Of a stretch of DNA of 50,859 nt, positions 1 to 10,405 are shown in pieces. A program made the translations under genes and the position numbers. The notes under the pieces are model-generated. The model saw only the letters and a program-made list of their open reading frames with translations, was not told the DNA's origin and did not search any database. Within the stretch, counting starts at the first letter, position 1, and each line of letters opens with the position of its first letter. The stretch is from Thermoanaerobaculales bacterium (GTDB taxonomy: Bacteria > Acidobacteriota > Thermoanaerobaculia > Thermoanaerobaculales > Sulfomarinibacteraceae): the NCBI GenBank assembly GCA_048061535.1, contig JBGMRN010000005.1:1-50859 (forward strand), given 5' to 3'.

Positions 1-29
1 CGGAAAACCCGAATCGATGGCGAGGTAAC

Positions 30-926
30 CTACTCCAGGTTCTGCACCTGCTCGCGAATCCGTTCCGCGGCCGCCTTGGCTTCGACCAACCGGTTTGTTA
101 CCCCCAGCTCGCGACACTTCGACCCGAGCGTATTGAGTTCTCGGTGGATCTCCTGACAAATGAAATCCAGAGTTCGCCCGACCGTACCACCGTCCGCCAA
201 ACGCTGGCCGAAAGTCTCGAGATGAGCACGGAGTCGCACGATCTCTTCGGATACATCGGAGCGGTCGGCCATCAGCGCTGCCTCCTGCACAACGCGTTCG
301 GGCTCCATCGCCACCTGTCCTTCCAGGAGGGCGGCCACTCTCTCGCGAGTCCGCTCCAGGATCCGCCGACGAAAATCCGACATCTGCGGCTCGAACCAGT
401 CGATGAAAGCCACCACCTCCCCAAGCTCCGACTCGATCTGCCGGCCCAAACGCGTGCCCTCTTCACACCGCATGGTGAGCGCCGCTTCCACCGCCTCGGT
501 CACCACCGAGTCCAGCGCAACGGATTCGATTTCGTCGAGCAGGTTTTCCGGCGTCCTCACCGAGATCAGACCGGGCACGACCAGGACATCCCGTAGTTCC
601 ACCGACCCGGACACATTGTCGGGCAGGGCGAGCCCGGCCAGCTGTTCGAGCACATCGCCCACGGCCTCCGCGTTGACCGCAACATCCACCGAAGCCGCGC
701 CGCTGCGCTCGAGGTTGAGCTGGGTCGTCACCCGCCCGCGCCGAAGATGTCTGGCCACCGCCGCACGCAGGACAGCCTCAAGTTCCGGTGCCTCTTCGCG
801 GAGATTGGTGCGCACCTGGACATCGAGATATCGGTGGTTGACCGACCGCACCACTACCGATGCAGCGAAACGATCCGACAATCGACCCTGGGCCCGTCCG
901 AATCCGGTCATACTGCTCACTGTCAT
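30..926 (-). CDS. yicC: YicC-family stress-induced protein (UPF0701)
   Basis: 298-aa ORF. N-terminus MTVSSMTGFGRA resembles the YicC start. C-terminal DVSEEIVRLRAH...LDFICQEIHRELNTLGSK resembles the conserved YicC C-terminal domain. Confidence 0.8.
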   Translation of the reverse strand: MTVSSMTGFGRAQGRLSDRFAASVVVRSVNHRYLDVQVRTNLREEAPELEAVLRAAVARHLRRGRVTTQLNLERSGAASVDVAVNAEAVGDVLEQLAGLALPDNVSGSVELRDVLVVPGLISVRTPENLLDEIESVALDSVVTEAVEAALTMRCEEGTRLGRQIESELGEVVAFIDWFEPQMSDFRRRILERTRERVAALLEGQVAMEPERVVQEAALMADRSDVSEEIVRLRAHLETFGQRLADGGTVGRTLDFICQEIHRELNTLGSKCRELGVTNRLVEAKAAAERIREQVQNLE

Positions 927-1003
927 CGCGCCCCCTATTCGAACCGAAGGTCACATGTCTCTCATCCCTAAGATGAACGATCGCCGTGCCGAATTCAACA
1001 CGA

Positions 1004-2851
1004 TCAGGTCAACTCCTGCATCTCGACCATCCGGCGATAGGTTCCTTGCGCAGCGATCAGCTCGTCGTGCGTTCCCTGGCCGACTATGCGGCCTTCCGCG
1101 AGCACCACGATGCGGTCGGCACGGCGGACGGTCGCCAGCCGGTGAGCGATCACGAGCGACGTTCTCCGGTAGATGAGCCGTTCGAGGGCGGCCTGCACCT
1201 CGAGCTCCGACTCCGGATCGAGAGCGGAGGTCGCCTCATCGAGAATGAGGATCGGGGGGTCCTTTAGCAACGCACGCGCGATAGCCAACCGTTGGCGTTG
1301 CCCGCCCGACAGCGTCACCCCGGCCTCCCCGATCACCGTCTCATAACCGTGCGGGAGCCGGCAAACGAAATCGTGCGCGTCGGCCGCCCGGGCAGCTTCC
1401 ACGACTTCCCGATCCGAAATGCCCTGGGTTCCACATACGATGTTTCGGCGGACGGAGTCGTTGAAGAGAATCGTCTCTTGGGTTACGAGACCGATCTGCG
1501 CCCTCAGCGAGGCAAGTCGGAGGTCGCGCAGGTCGTGGCCGGCAAGTCTGATTGACCCTTCACACACGTCCCAAAAACGGGGGATCAGCTGCGCAACCGT
1601 GCTCTTGCCGGCGCCTGAGGGGCCCACCAGAGCGACCGTCCAGCCACGGGGCAGCTCGAGGTCGAAACCTCGGAGCACCCAGTTGCCCCCGTCGTAGGTG
1701 AAACCCACACCATCGAAGACAATTCCCTCTTCTTGTGGCCTGACCGCCGCCGAAAGCTCGTGAGATATGAGGGCTTCGACCGCGCCCGCCCGGTCGCGGA
1801 TCGCCACCGGAGCATCGACAACGGAGAAGATTCGGCCGGCGGCGACCGTCGCCTGTTGCATGGCGAGATTGAACTTGTTGAGGCGCTTCAGCGGGTTGTA
1901 TGCTCCGTACGCCGCGAGGAGGAAGGCTGAGAAATCACCGAGAGTCATGAGCCCGGCCGCAATTTGGGTTGACGCGTATGCAATCAGCCCCAGCGCCGCA
2001 GCGGCGCCCACGACTTCCATCACCGGCGCGTTGGCAATCCGGATCGCGTGCGCCGACAGGCTCGCACGATACAGCCGGTCATTCGCCCCAAGGAAGCGTT
2101 CAGCCAGAAGGTCGCTCATGCCGTACGTCTGTACGATCCGGATCCCCCGTACCGCCTCATCGAGAATGGTGGCCAACTCTCCAGTGTTTTCCTGGGCCTG
2201 TCGCGACCGGATTCGCAGCCTGCGGCTGAAGTGGACGACCGGAGCAAACAAAACCGGGGCCAGCACAGCCGCGGCCAAAGCCAGCCTGAGGTCAAGCGAA
2301 AGGAGATAGATCAACAGGGCGATGACCGTCAGCACGTCCTGTATGAGGTCTCCGAAACGCTCGGCGAGAGCCTCGCGAACAAGCTGGACGTCGTTGGTGG
2401 CGCGCGACACCAGAACGGCCGTCGGCGTCGCGTGGAAATACGCCGGGCTCTGGCCGACAAGCGCGCCAAACAACAACGTACGAAGGTCCCTAACCGTCGC
2501 CAATCCAAAGCGGGCGGCGGCAAACCGGGCAATGAAGGTCGCCAGATTCTTGACAAGGACCGCTATCAATGCAAGGACGAGGACAATTCCGCGGCCGCCG
2601 CCCAGGTGCGTCTGCACCAAGCCCTCGGCCCGGGAGGTCAGGTCATCGAGCAAGCCGACCAAGCCGGTCGCCTCGACCGGAGGAATCGCGTTCTCTTCGG
2701 AGACCGGGCGCAGAACCTGATCGTAGACGGGGCGAATCAGGTTGAACGCGAAGACGGTGGCCCCCGCGGCAACTGTCATGCTCGCCAGAGCCAGCAGCAT
2801 CCAGGCTCCGTGACGCTGCGCCATCCTGATCAGGCGAAGGGAGTCGCGCAC
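1004..2851 (-). CDS. ABC transporter, fused permease/ATPase (MsbA-like exporter)
   Basis: 615 aa with an N-terminal six-helix-type hydrophobic domain. Walker A GPSGAGKST, signature LSGGQRQR, Walker B ILILDEATSALD. Confidence 0.85.
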   Translation of the reverse strand: MRDSLRLIRMAQRHGAWMLLALASMTVAAGATVFAFNLIRPVYDQVLRPVSEENAIPPVEATGLVGLLDDLTSRAEGLVQTHLGGGRGIVLVLALIAVLVKNLATFIARFAAARFGLATVRDLRTLLFGALVGQSPAYFHATPTAVLVSRATNDVQLVREALAERFGDLIQDVLTVIALLIYLLSLDLRLALAAAVLAPVLFAPVVHFSRRLRIRSRQAQENTGELATILDEAVRGIRIVQTYGMSDLLAERFLGANDRLYRASLSAHAIRIANAPVMEVVGAAAALGLIAYASTQIAAGLMTLGDFSAFLLAAYGAYNPLKRLNKFNLAMQQATVAAGRIFSVVDAPVAIRDRAGAVEALISHELSAAVRPQEEGIVFDGVGFTYDGGNWVLRGFDLELPRGWTVALVGPSGAGKSTVAQLIPRFWDVCEGSIRLAGHDLRDLRLASLRAQIGLVTQETILFNDSVRRNIVCGTQGISDREVVEAARAADAHDFVCRLPHGYETVIGEAGVTLSGGQRQRLAIARALLKDPPILILDEATSALDPESELEVQAALERLIYRRTSLVIAHRLATVRRADRIVVLAEGRIVGQGTHDELIAAQGTYRRMVEMQELT

Positions 2852-3055
2852 GCCCCAGTGTACCGGTGACCCGGTCCCCCGCGGTCACCAGCTTCCCGAA
2901 ATGGTCGACGATGCGTTGATTCCGTTCCTGGCGGAAGTCAAAGCCAACTCTCGATCGCCGCCTAAATGAATGAAAACATTGAATTTACTCGTTTTCTCAA
3001 GGAGTGTGCTACAATTCGCGGCCGAGTTGCGTAAAAGGGAGGGTTAAGTCACCCA

Positions 3056-4549
3056 ATGGCTGATCTTTACCAGTTCAGAACAGCTCCTGAGGAACCCCTG
3101 GATTGCATCTACGTTCTCCAGTGCTCCGGCAGCGATCCGCTCGACGGTCTCGAGTTTTCTGCAAAAGAGCGAAGGGCGCTGAAGCAGAAGGCGAAAGCCC
3201 TCGCCCCACGAGGCGAAGAGGGTGAGCTCATTTCGGGGGAATGTCCGCTGGCTCTTGCCCATCGAGTGACCTTTGTCGGCCTCGGCGAGGAGCGCAAGCT
3301 GACCCACACCAAGCTGCGCGAGGCCCTCTTACGGGTCATGCGCCAGGCAACCAAGAACCGCGAATACCAGATCGGTCTTGGGGTCCCGGTGAAGGTGCAC
3401 GGACTTTCGGACGCGGAGTCACGCCTGATAGCGCTGCGGGAAGCTTCCATCGCCGACTACGCCTTCGATCACTTCAAATCGAAGAAGAACGAGTTCGACA
3501 AGATCGACGGCCTACACATTCTGCCTCTCGCCGGAGAGACCGAGGAGGAGCTTGAAGGACGGTTGGAACGGGTGCGATTGCTCCGTACCGCGGTTCAGAT
3601 GGCGCGGGACCTCGCCAACCGACCGAGCAACGATCTGACTCCGGAGGCACTGGCGTCCTCTGCTCGCGAGATGGGCGAGGAGGTGAGCGGACTGCGCATC
3701 ACCGTCCTCGGCATGAAGGAGCTCCTCAAGGAAAAAATGGGTGGCATCCTCGCTGTTGCACAGGGCTCACAGGAGGAGCCGCGGCTCATCGTCATCGAGC
3801 ACCGCCCCAAGAAACCCAAGAAATCGATCGTTCTCGTCGGCAAGGGCGTGACCTTCGATTCCGGAGGCATCTCCATCAAACCATCCGCCGGTATGGGCTG
3901 GATGAAGTACGACATGTGCGGCGCGGCCACCGTTGTCGGTGTGATGCGCGCAGTGGCCGCTCTCGAGCTCCCCATCAAGGTCGTCGGCCTGATCCCAACC
4001 GTCGAGAACATGCCCTCGGGGACCGCGATCAAGCCTGGCGATATCATCAGTATGGCCAGCGGCAAGACGGTCGAGGTCGACAACACCGACGCCGAAGGCC
4101 GGCTGATACTCGCCGACGCTCTCCACTACTCAGCCCGCTTCAACCCGGATATCGTTCTCGACTACGCCACCCTCACCGGTGCCTGCGTGGTCGCCCTCGG
4201 GCACGAGGCTGCAGGAATGATGGGCAATGATCAAGAGCTCCTCGATACGCTCAAAAAGCTCGGCGAGGAGGTTGGTGAGCGGGTGTGGCCGCTTCCCCTG
4301 TACGACGAGTACGTGGATTACCTCAAGAGTGAATGGGCTGACCTCAAGAATGCGGGCAGCCGTTGGGGCGGCGTGGTGACAGCGGGGTCGTTTCTCAAGC
4401 AGTTCGTGCCCGAAAAGGTTTCGTGGGCCCACCTCGACATCGCCGGCGTCGGATACAGCGAGAAGGAACACGGCGGGCTTCCCCCGGGCGCCTCGGGGTT
4501 CGGTGTCGTGCTCACGGTGGCGTACCTCGAGAATCTGCTGAAAACCTGA
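3056..4549 (+). CDS. pepA: Leucyl aminopeptidase, M17 family
   Basis: 497 aa containing VGKGVTFDSGGISIKP and the M17 signature NTDAEGRLILAD. Confidence 0.9.
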   Translation: MADLYQFRTAPEEPLDCIYVLQCSGSDPLDGLEFSAKERRALKQKAKALAPRGEEGELISGECPLALAHRVTFVGLGEERKLTHTKLREALLRVMRQATKNREYQIGLGVPVKVHGLSDAESRLIALREASIADYAFDHFKSKKNEFDKIDGLHILPLAGETEEELEGRLERVRLLRTAVQMARDLANRPSNDLTPEALASSAREMGEEVSGLRITVLGMKELLKEKMGGILAVAQGSQEEPRLIVIEHRPKKPKKSIVLVGKGVTFDSGGISIKPSAGMGWMKYDMCGAATVVGVMRAVAALELPIKVVGLIPTVENMPSGTAIKPGDIISMASGKTVEVDNTDAEGRLILADALHYSARFNPDIVLDYATLTGACVVALGHEAAGMMGNDQELLDTLKKLGEEVGERVWPLPLYDEYVDYLKSEWADLKNAGSRWGGVVTAGSFLKQFVPEKVSWAHLDIAGVGYSEKEHGGLPPGASGFGVVLTVAYLENLLKT

Positions 4550-4602
4550 GAATACAAAGCGCCGCGGCCAACGCAGCGCTTTTCTTGTCGGAACAACGAG
4601 GC

Positions 4603-5754
4603 TTGAACAGAACTCCTTCGACCGAAGGCCGTTCTCCGACTCTCCAGGTCGGATCGATCGAGGTCTCGCCTCCGGTGATTCTGGCGCCCATGGCCGGTGT
4701 CACCAACTATCCGTTTCGATCGCTCTGCCGCCGGTTCGGAGCGGGTCTCTTCGTCAGCGAAATGATCACGGCGCGTCCGCTCGTGGACGGCCATGAGCGA
4801 ACCCTCAAACTCGCCGATTTCGGCCCCGACGAGACCCCCCGCAGCCTGCAGCTTTATGGTGTCGATCCGCACTATGTGGGAGAGGCGGTGCGCCGGCTGG
4901 TCGGTGAGGGTCGCATCGATCACCTCGACCTCAACTTTGGATGTCCGGTGCGTAAGGTGACCCGCAAGGGAGGTGGGGCGGCGATTCCTGCGAAGCCCCG
5001 CCTACTCGCGGCCATCGTCCGTTCGGCGGTACGTTCGGCCGGCAATGTTCCGGTGACCATCAAGTTCCGCATGGGCATCGACGAGGGCCACCTCACCTAC
5101 CTCGAATCGGGGCGCATCGCCGAAGGGGAGGGCTGTGCCGCGGTGACCCTCCATGCGCGAACCGCCGCACAGCTCTACGACGGTCGGGCGCGGTGGGAGG
5201 CCATCGCCGACCTCAAGTGCGCTGTGGCGACGATTCCGGTCATCGGCAACGGCGATATCTGGGTAGCCGAGGACGCCTTACGGATGGTGAGCGAGACAGG
5301 GTGCGACGGCGTTGCGATCGGACGCGGCTGCCTGGGCCGCCCATGGCTTTTCCGGGATCTGGCGGACGCCTTCGCGGGCCGAAAATTGCGCCCCCCTCCC
5401 GCCTTTGGCGAGGTGAGCGATATCATGCTCGAGCACGCCCGGCTCCTGGTCGGCTGGTTCGGCGAACGCCCGGCCATCCTCGCCTTCCGCAAGCACGGGG
5501 GCTGGTATACGAAGGGCTTTCGTTCCAGCGCCCGCCTGCGCGAAAAACTGATGCGAGTCGCCAGCCTCGACGAGCTGGAAGAGGTTCTCGCCGGAATCGA
5601 TCGGACCGAACCTTGGCCCGCTCGCGGAGATCAAATCCGGCGCGGCAAGCGATCCGGCACCCAGAAGGTCGTGCTGCCGGAGGGTTTCCTCGACAGCCTC
5701 GATGACGACGCTCCGCCGGATTCTTCGGCCGAGGATCCCACTTCCGGAGGGTGA
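4603..5754 (+). CDS. dus: tRNA-dihydrouridine synthase
   Basis: Conserved Dus N-terminus VILAPMAGVTNYPFRSL and a TIM-barrel-like body (VTIKFRMG, IGNGDI). The track ORF begins at 4363 inside pepA. The real start must lie after the pepA stop (4549): TTG 4603 is chosen, GTG 4672 is the alternative. Confidence 0.75.
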   Translation: MNRTPSTEGRSPTLQVGSIEVSPPVILAPMAGVTNYPFRSLCRRFGAGLFVSEMITARPLVDGHERTLKLADFGPDETPRSLQLYGVDPHYVGEAVRRLVGEGRIDHLDLNFGCPVRKVTRKGGGAAIPAKPRLLAAIVRSAVRSAGNVPVTIKFRMGIDEGHLTYLESGRIAEGEGCAAVTLHARTAAQLYDGRARWEAIADLKCAVATIPVIGNGDIWVAEDALRMVSETGCDGVAIGRGCLGRPWLFRDLADAFAGRKLRPPPAFGEVSDIMLEHARLLVGWFGERPAILAFRKHGGWYTKGFRSSARLREKLMRVASLDELEEVLAGIDRTEPWPARGDQIRRGKRSGTQKVVLPEGFLDSLDDDAPPDSSAEDPTSGG

Positions 5755-5756
5755 TC

Positions 5757-5858
5757 AATTCCCAGTTCTTAATTCTCAATTCTCAATTACTTCCCATGCC
5801 ACCGGGTGCCAAAGGTGACGAGACGTAATTCAGAACTGAGAGTTGAGAATTAGAGTTG
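5757..5858. repeat. Inverted pair of AATTCTC-type heptad arrays between convergent dus and nqrM
   Basis: The left arm CAGTTCTTAATTCTCAATTCTCAATTAC and right arm GTAATTCAGAACTGAGAGTTGAGAATTAGAG pair imperfectly (about three quarters of ~28 positions, checked by hand) around a ~34-nt GC-rich loop. Confidence 0.8.
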
Positions 5859-6041
5859 TCGGGTCGGCAGCTCGGGGCCGCCTTCGAACTCACAGCTCCC
5901 GAGATCAATGCCCTCCTCCCGGCACGTGCAACTCGGCCCACCGCAGGAACCACGCAGGCTGCGTCCGGTAAAGATCACCCCAACCGCCATCACCAGTACG
6001 ACAACGAGAAAGAGACCAAAGGTCAGCAGGAGAGTCTGCAT
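5850..6041 (-). CDS. nqrM: (Na+)-NQR maturation factor NqrM
   Basis: 63 aa with one N-terminal TM helix followed by the Cys cluster SLRGSCGGPSCTCREE. Lies immediately downstream of apbE at the end of the nqr operon. Confidence 0.7.
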   Translation of the reverse strand: MQTLLLTFGLFLVVVLVMAVGVIFTGRSLRGSCGGPSCTCREEGIDLGSCEFEGGPELPTRQL

Positions 6042-6050
6042 GGAATGATC

Positions 6051-7148
6051 CTATTCTATTTCCTCGGCGGATTGGGTGAGCTCCGCCCACATAGGCGTCC
6101 TGAACTCGTCGAAACCACCGTCCGAAGTCCGCACCAGGAAAAGGGCCGCAAGTTCCGCCTCCTCCGCCAGCGCCCAGCCCTCGTCCGGCCCAAGCACGTC
6201 CAGGGCGGTCGCGAGCGCGTCGGCCCTCATGCAGCTTTGGCTGATCACCGACACGGATGCCAGCTCGTGGGTGACGGGGTGTCCGGTGCGTGGATCGATG
6301 GTGTGGGAAACTCGATCACCGTCGAGTTCACGGAAGTTCCGGTAGTCCCCGGAGGTCGCCATCGCAGCATCGGACAGGGCGACGGCTACCCGGACCTCTC
6401 GCCCACTCTCATCCGGACGTTCAACTCCGATGCGCCATACGCGCCGGGTGGCGTTGCGGCCACGCGTCCGCACCTCACCACCGATCTCGACCATGTAATC
6501 CCGGATACCTGCTCCATCGAGACTCGACGCCACCCGATCGACCGCATAGCCCTTGGCGATCGCCGAGAGGTCGCAGCGGAGATCGGTGCGGGTCTTGTAC
6601 AGAAGACCTTGCTCGGAATCGATCTTCAACTTCTCCCATCCGATCACCGCCATGAGTTTGGCAAGACGTTCCTCACTCGGCCATCCGGCCGAAGGCCCAG
6701 GACCGAAACCCCACGCATCCACCAGCGGACCCACCGTGATATCGAAGGCGCCACGTGAGAGACGGGCCACGGCCAGGGCCTCAGTCATCACCTCCACCAA
6801 CTCGCGAGAGGCCTCGAACGGCTCTGTGCCGTGCCGGTTGAAACGACTGAGCTCGGACTCCGGCTTGTAGGTCGACATGGCGCCGTCGACATCGTCCACA
6901 GCTTCCCGCACCTTTGCGGCGAGCCGCCGGCGTCCGGCTTCGTCGAGATCATCCGCCACCACCTTGACGGTGAAGGTCGTGCCCATGGTCGGCCCGCTCA
7001 CCACCCACTCCTGCAGCCTTGCCGATTGCTGCGGCTGGCGCGTGAAGACGGTGATGAAAAGTGCAACAACAAAGATTGCCGGCGCCACCATGCGGCGAAG
7101 CGGCAGTGGTCCACCCACGATGCGCTTCTCCGGATCCCCGGCGATCAA
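6051..7148 (-). CDS. apbE: FAD:protein FMN transferase (ApbE)
   Basis: 365 aa with an N-terminal membrane anchor and the ApbE-like motif [11 protein letters not shown]. Its start overlaps the nqrF stop by 4 nt (ATGA). Confidence 0.85.
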   Translation of the reverse strand: MIAGDPEKRIVGGPLPLRRMVAPAIFVVALFITVFTRQPQQSARLQEWVVSGPTMGTTFTVKVVADDLDEAGRRRLAAKVREAVDDVDGAMSTYKPESELSRFNRHGTEPFEASRELVEVMTEALAVARLSRGAFDITVGPLVDAWGFGPGPSAGWPSEERLAKLMAVIGWEKLKIDSEQGLLYKTRTDLRCDLSAIAKGYAVDRVASSLDGAGIRDYMVEIGGEVRTRGRNATRRVWRIGVERPDESGREVRVAVALSDAAMATSGDYRNFRELDGDRVSHTIDPRTGHPVTHELASVSVISQSCMRADALATALDVLGPDEGWALAEEAELAALFLVRTSDGGFDEFRTPMWAELTQSAEEIE

Positions 7149-8383
7149 CCGCCGAAATCGTCGAGCAGAATATTCTCGGGTTCCACACCGAGGTCAAGGA
7201 GCATGCTGATCACCGCCTGGTTCATCATCGGCGGCCCGCACATGTAGTACTCCACGTCCTCGGGCGCCGGGTGGTCCTTGAGGTGGTTGTCATAAACGAC
7301 CTGGTGGATGAAACCCGTGGCCCCGGTCCAGTTGTCTTCCGGCAGCGGATCGGAGAGCGCCAAGTGCCACTCGAAATTCGGGTACTCCGCGGCGATCGAA
7401 TCGAAGTCGTCCTCGTAGAAGGCCTCACGCAGGCTGCGGGCGCCGTACCAGAAGGAGACCTTTCGTTTTGTATGGAGGCGTTTGAACTGGTCAAAGATGT
7501 GGGAGCGCATCGGCGCCATGCCGGCACCGCCGCCGATGAAGACCATCTCGTTGTCGGTCTCCTTGGCAAAGAACTCGCCGAATGGACCGGATATCGTGAC
7601 CTCGTCACCGGGCTTGAGGTTGAAAATGAACGAGGACATCTTGCCGGGCGGGAGGTTCGGCATGTTCGGAGGGGGCGAAGCGATGCGCACGTTGAGCATG
7701 ATGATGCCCTTCTCCTCCGGGTAGCTCGCCATCGAGTAGGCGCGGCTCACCTCCTCGTCGACCTTGGAGACGAAACGCCACATGTCGTACTTGTCCCAGT
7801 CCTCCCGGTACTCGTCTTCGATCTCGAAGTCCGCGTACTTGACCACGTGCGGTGGGCACTCGATTTGGATATAGCCGCCGGCGCGGAAGGGAACCTCCTC
7901 CCCCTGGGGGAGCTCCAGCACGAGCTCTTTGATGAAGGTTGCGACGTTGTGGTTGGAGCGCACCCGGCACTGCCACTTGCGGACGTCGAAGATCTCGGGC
8001 TCGATCTCGATCTTCATGTCCTGCTTGACCTTGACCTGGCAGGACAACCGTGCGCCCGTGCGCGCCTCGCCACGACTGATGTGGGAGGTCTCGGTGGGCA
8101 GGATGGCGCCGCCGCCCTCCAACACGTCCACCTTGCACACGCCGCAGGTCCCCTTGCCGCCGCAGGCCGAGGGGATATAGATGCGGTGCATTGCGAGGGT
8201 GTTGAGGAGGGTGTTGCCCGCGGGTGTTGTCATGCCTTTGTCGGGATCGTCGTTGATCGAAATGACCACCTCAGCCGACGCCACCAACTTCGACTTGGCG
8301 AGCATCAACACGACCACGAGGGCGACGATGATGAAAACGAATACGGCGACACCGAGAGTGATGGTTACCATCGAAGAGCCCAC
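7145..8383 (-). CDS. nqrF: Na+-NQR subunit F
   Basis: 412 aa with an N-terminal TM helix, 2Fe-2S ferredoxin motif [15 protein letters not shown] motif RAYSMAS and an NADH-binding domain GGGAGMAP. Confidence 0.92.
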   Translation of the reverse strand: MGSSMVTITLGVAVFVFIIVALVVVLMLAKSKLVASAEVVISINDDPDKGMTTPAGNTLLNTLAMHRIYIPSACGGKGTCGVCKVDVLEGGGAILPTETSHISRGEARTGARLSCQVKVKQDMKIEIEPEIFDVRKWQCRVRSNHNVATFIKELVLELPQGEEVPFRAGGYIQIECPPHVVKYADFEIEDEYREDWDKYDMWRFVSKVDEEVSRAYSMASYPEEKGIIMLNVRIASPPPNMPNLPPGKMSSFIFNLKPGDEVTISGPFGEFFAKETDNEMVFIGGGAGMAPMRSHIFDQFKRLHTKRKVSFWYGARSLREAFYEDDFDSIAAEYPNFEWHLALSDPLPEDNWTGATGFIHQVVYDNHLKDHPAPEDVEYYMCGPPMMNQAVISMLLDLGVEPENILLDDFGG

Positions 8384-9001
8384 CTAGAGTTGGATGCCGG
8401 CGAAGGCCATGAAGGCGATGGCCATCAGCCCGGTCACGAGAAAGGTGATTCCGAGCCCACGCAGAGCCGGCGGAACGTTGGAGTAGTGCATCTTCTCGCG
8501 GATCGCAGCAAGGGCAACAATGGCAAGCCAGAACCCCACCCCCGATCCGAACCCGTAGACGGTACTTTCGGCGGCGGTGTAGTCACGCTCGACCATGAAC
8601 AGCGAAGCGCCGAGAATGGCGCAGTTCACCGCGATGAGTGGCAAGAAGACGCCGAGCGCCGCGTACAGGCCGGGAGCGAAGCGATCCAGAACCATCTCCA
8701 CGACCTGTACCATCGCCGCGATCGATCCGATGAAGGCGAGGAAGCGGATGAAGCCGAGATCGACGCTCGCCCACTCGGGGTTGATCCAGGTGAGAGCGCC
8801 CTCCTTGAGGAGGAAGTTGAAGATCAGACTGTTCAACGGGGTGGTTACGGTGAGAACGAATGTGACCGCCGCGCCGAGACCGATCGCGGTATCCACCCTC
8901 TTCGACACCGCGAGGAACGAACACATGCCCAAGAAGAAGGCAAGCGCCATGTTTTCGACGAAGATCGCCTTGACGGCGAGGCTGAGGTAGTGCTCGAGCA
9001 T
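8384..9001 (-). CDS. nqrE: Na+-NQR subunit E
   Basis: 205-aa polytopic membrane protein of the NqrD/E (RnfA/E-like) family, in operon order between nqrD and nqrF. Confidence 0.9.
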   Translation of the reverse strand: MLEHYLSLAVKAIFVENMALAFFLGMCSFLAVSKRVDTAIGLGAAVTFVLTVTTPLNSLIFNFLLKEGALTWINPEWASVDLGFIRFLAFIGSIAAMVQVVEMVLDRFAPGLYAALGVFLPLIAVNCAILGASLFMVERDYTAAESTVYGFGSGVGFWLAIVALAAIREKMHYSNVPPALRGLGITFLVTGLMAIAFMAFAGIQL

Positions 9002-9002
9002 C

Positions 9003-9623
9003 TCAGTCCTCCCTCAGCTCCGGCTTCCAAGACCGGAGCACCCAGATCGCCGCGCCAATGAGAAAAAACGCCCCCGGAGCAAGCACGAAGAGACCGTTGG
9101 GCTGATACCAGCCTCCCTCGGTGATCACCGGCAGCACCTGGTAGCCGAAGAGCTTGCCCGCTCCCACCAACTCGCGAAGGAACCCGACGACGATCAGGAT
9201 GAGACTGTAGCCGAGACCGTTGCCGAGGCCGTCCAGCAGGCTGTCGAGGGGCGGGTTCTGCATGGCAAATGCCTCGGCACGGCCCATCACGATACAGTTC
9301 GTGATGATCAAACCGACGAAGACCGAGAGCTGCTTCGAAATGTCATAGACGAATGCCTGCAAGATCTGGTCGGTGACAATCACGAGCGAGGCGATGATCA
9401 CCAGCTGGACGATGATACGGATCGACGGCGGGATGAGGTCGCGAATCAATGAAATCGACAGATTCGACAACGACAGCACCGCGATCACCGCCAACGACAT
9501 CACCACCGAGGTTTCGAGCTTGGTTGTCACCGCCAAAGCCGAGCAGATGCCGAGCACCTGGGCGGCGATGGGGTTGTCGTTGAACAGGGGGTCGAGGAGG
9601 GCCTTCTTCTGGTTCTGGTTCAT
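9003..9623 (-). CDS. nqrD: Na+-NQR subunit D
   Basis: 206-aa polytopic membrane protein. N-terminus [25 protein letters not shown] is typical of NqrD/RnfE. Confidence 0.9.
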   Translation of the reverse strand: MNQNQKKALLDPLFNDNPIAAQVLGICSALAVTTKLETSVVMSLAVIAVLSLSNLSISLIRDLIPPSIRIIVQLVIIASLVIVTDQILQAFVYDISKQLSVFVGLIITNCIVMGRAEAFAMQNPPLDSLLDGLGNGLGYSLILIVVGFLRELVGAGKLFGYQVLPVITEGGWYQPNGLFVLAPGAFFLIGAAIWVLRSWKPELRED

Positions 9624-10405
9624 GACGCGCTCCCTGAGACCCGAAACTTCTCCAGGTAGGGTTCAAACCCGTTCTCGCCCAGCCAAAACTGGACCAGATG
9701 GCTCACGCCACGGGCTGTGAGCGTCGCGCCGGACAAACCGTCGACCCGGTAGGGATCCTCCTCGGCGGGACCGGCACTTCCCTTGATCACCGTGATCGCC
9801 GGCTCGCCGTCCGCGTCATACGCCTTGCGGCCGACCCAGCGGGCCTTCCATGACGGGTTGTCCACTTCGCCACCGAGACCCGGAGTCTCACCGTGCTCAT
9901 AGAAAGTGATGCCCTCGATGGTGGTCGTGTCCGGCGCCAGAGCGAGGAACCCGTACAGCGTCGACCATAACCCCTTGCCCTCGATGGGCAAGATCAGCAA
10001 CTCGATCTCGTCCGCCGCCACTCTCTGATAAATTAGCGCCTTCGAGGGCAGGCGGGTGATGCCGGCCTGGTTGGCCGGCGCCTTTCGACTCAGTGACGGG
10101 TCCTTGATGGCCCTGCGCTGGTCATAGGTGGCCGCATCCACGGTGTCGTCATACTCTCCGCTCTGGAGATCGACGACCCGCGTGCGGATATTCTGGTCGA
10201 AAAGCCGCTGCACCTCGTCGGCGGTCGTCGACTGGTCTTCCTCGATGAGCCCGGCCACCACCAGTACTTTGGTCTGGCGGTCGAGCACCTTGTTGCGATC
10301 CTGTCGTTCTCTCAAAGCCACCGCCGAGGTCGAGACCACGACCGAGCACACCAGGCACACCGCGACGGCGAAGCCGATGATGTAGGTATTACTGAACTGC
10401 CGCAT
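9620..10405 (-). CDS. nqrC: Na+-NQR subunit C
   Basis: Single TM helix ([21 protein letters not shown]) and the flavinylation motif [10 protein letters not shown] (DxxSGAT). Start is set at ATG 10405, not the track start 10465, because the latter lies deep inside nqrB. Confidence 0.85.
   Translation of the reverse strand: MRQFSNTYIIGFAVAVCLVCSVVVSTSAVALRERQDRNKVLDRQTKVLVVAGLIEEDQSTTADEVQRLFDQNIRTRVVDLQSGEYDDTVDAATYDQRRAIKDPSLSRKAPANQAGITRLPSKALIYQRVAADEIELLILPIEGKGLWSTLYGFLALAPDTTTIEGITFYEHGETPGLGGEVDNPSWKARWVGRKAYDADGEPAITVIKGSAGPAEEDPYRVDGLSGATLTARGVSHLVQFWLGENGFEPYLEKFRVSGSAS

Noticed and set aside
1-29. Possible end of another minus-strand gene downstream of yicC.
   Set aside because: Only 29 nt are available, with no start codon or recognisable motif, so it cannot be assessed.
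2979-3015. Possible sigma-70 promoter (TTGAAT ... TACAAT) in the AT-richer msbA-like/pepA divergent region.
   Set aside because: The spacing between the two hexamers is about 25 nt, far from the 16-18 nt optimum. The alternative -35 candidates are poor. There is not enough evidence to call it.
4363-4602. N-terminal extension of the dus ORF, with similar extensions for nqrA (to 13060), nqrB (to 11735), nqrC (to 10465), hpt (from 38497), the mgtC-like gene (from 31018) and the MshEN gene (from 46368).
   Set aside because: The extensions overlap upstream genes or repeat elements and encode Arg/Gly/Pro-rich sequence that resembles no family N-terminus. Internal starts reproduce canonical N-termini and/or follow GGAGG-type sites.
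7061-9061. 666-aa ORF on the plus strand opposite nqrF/nqrE. Similar long antisense or alternative-frame ORFs occur at 33048-34598, 34966-36600, 17185-18435, 20075-21082, 40111-41175, 45127-46512 and 48311-49417.
   Set aside because: All of them lie inside genes whose opposite-strand or other-frame products carry clear family motifs. Their translations are low-complexity and rich in Arg/Gly/Pro/His/Asp, with no recognisable motifs. This is typical of stop-codon-poor shadow frames in GC-rich DNA.
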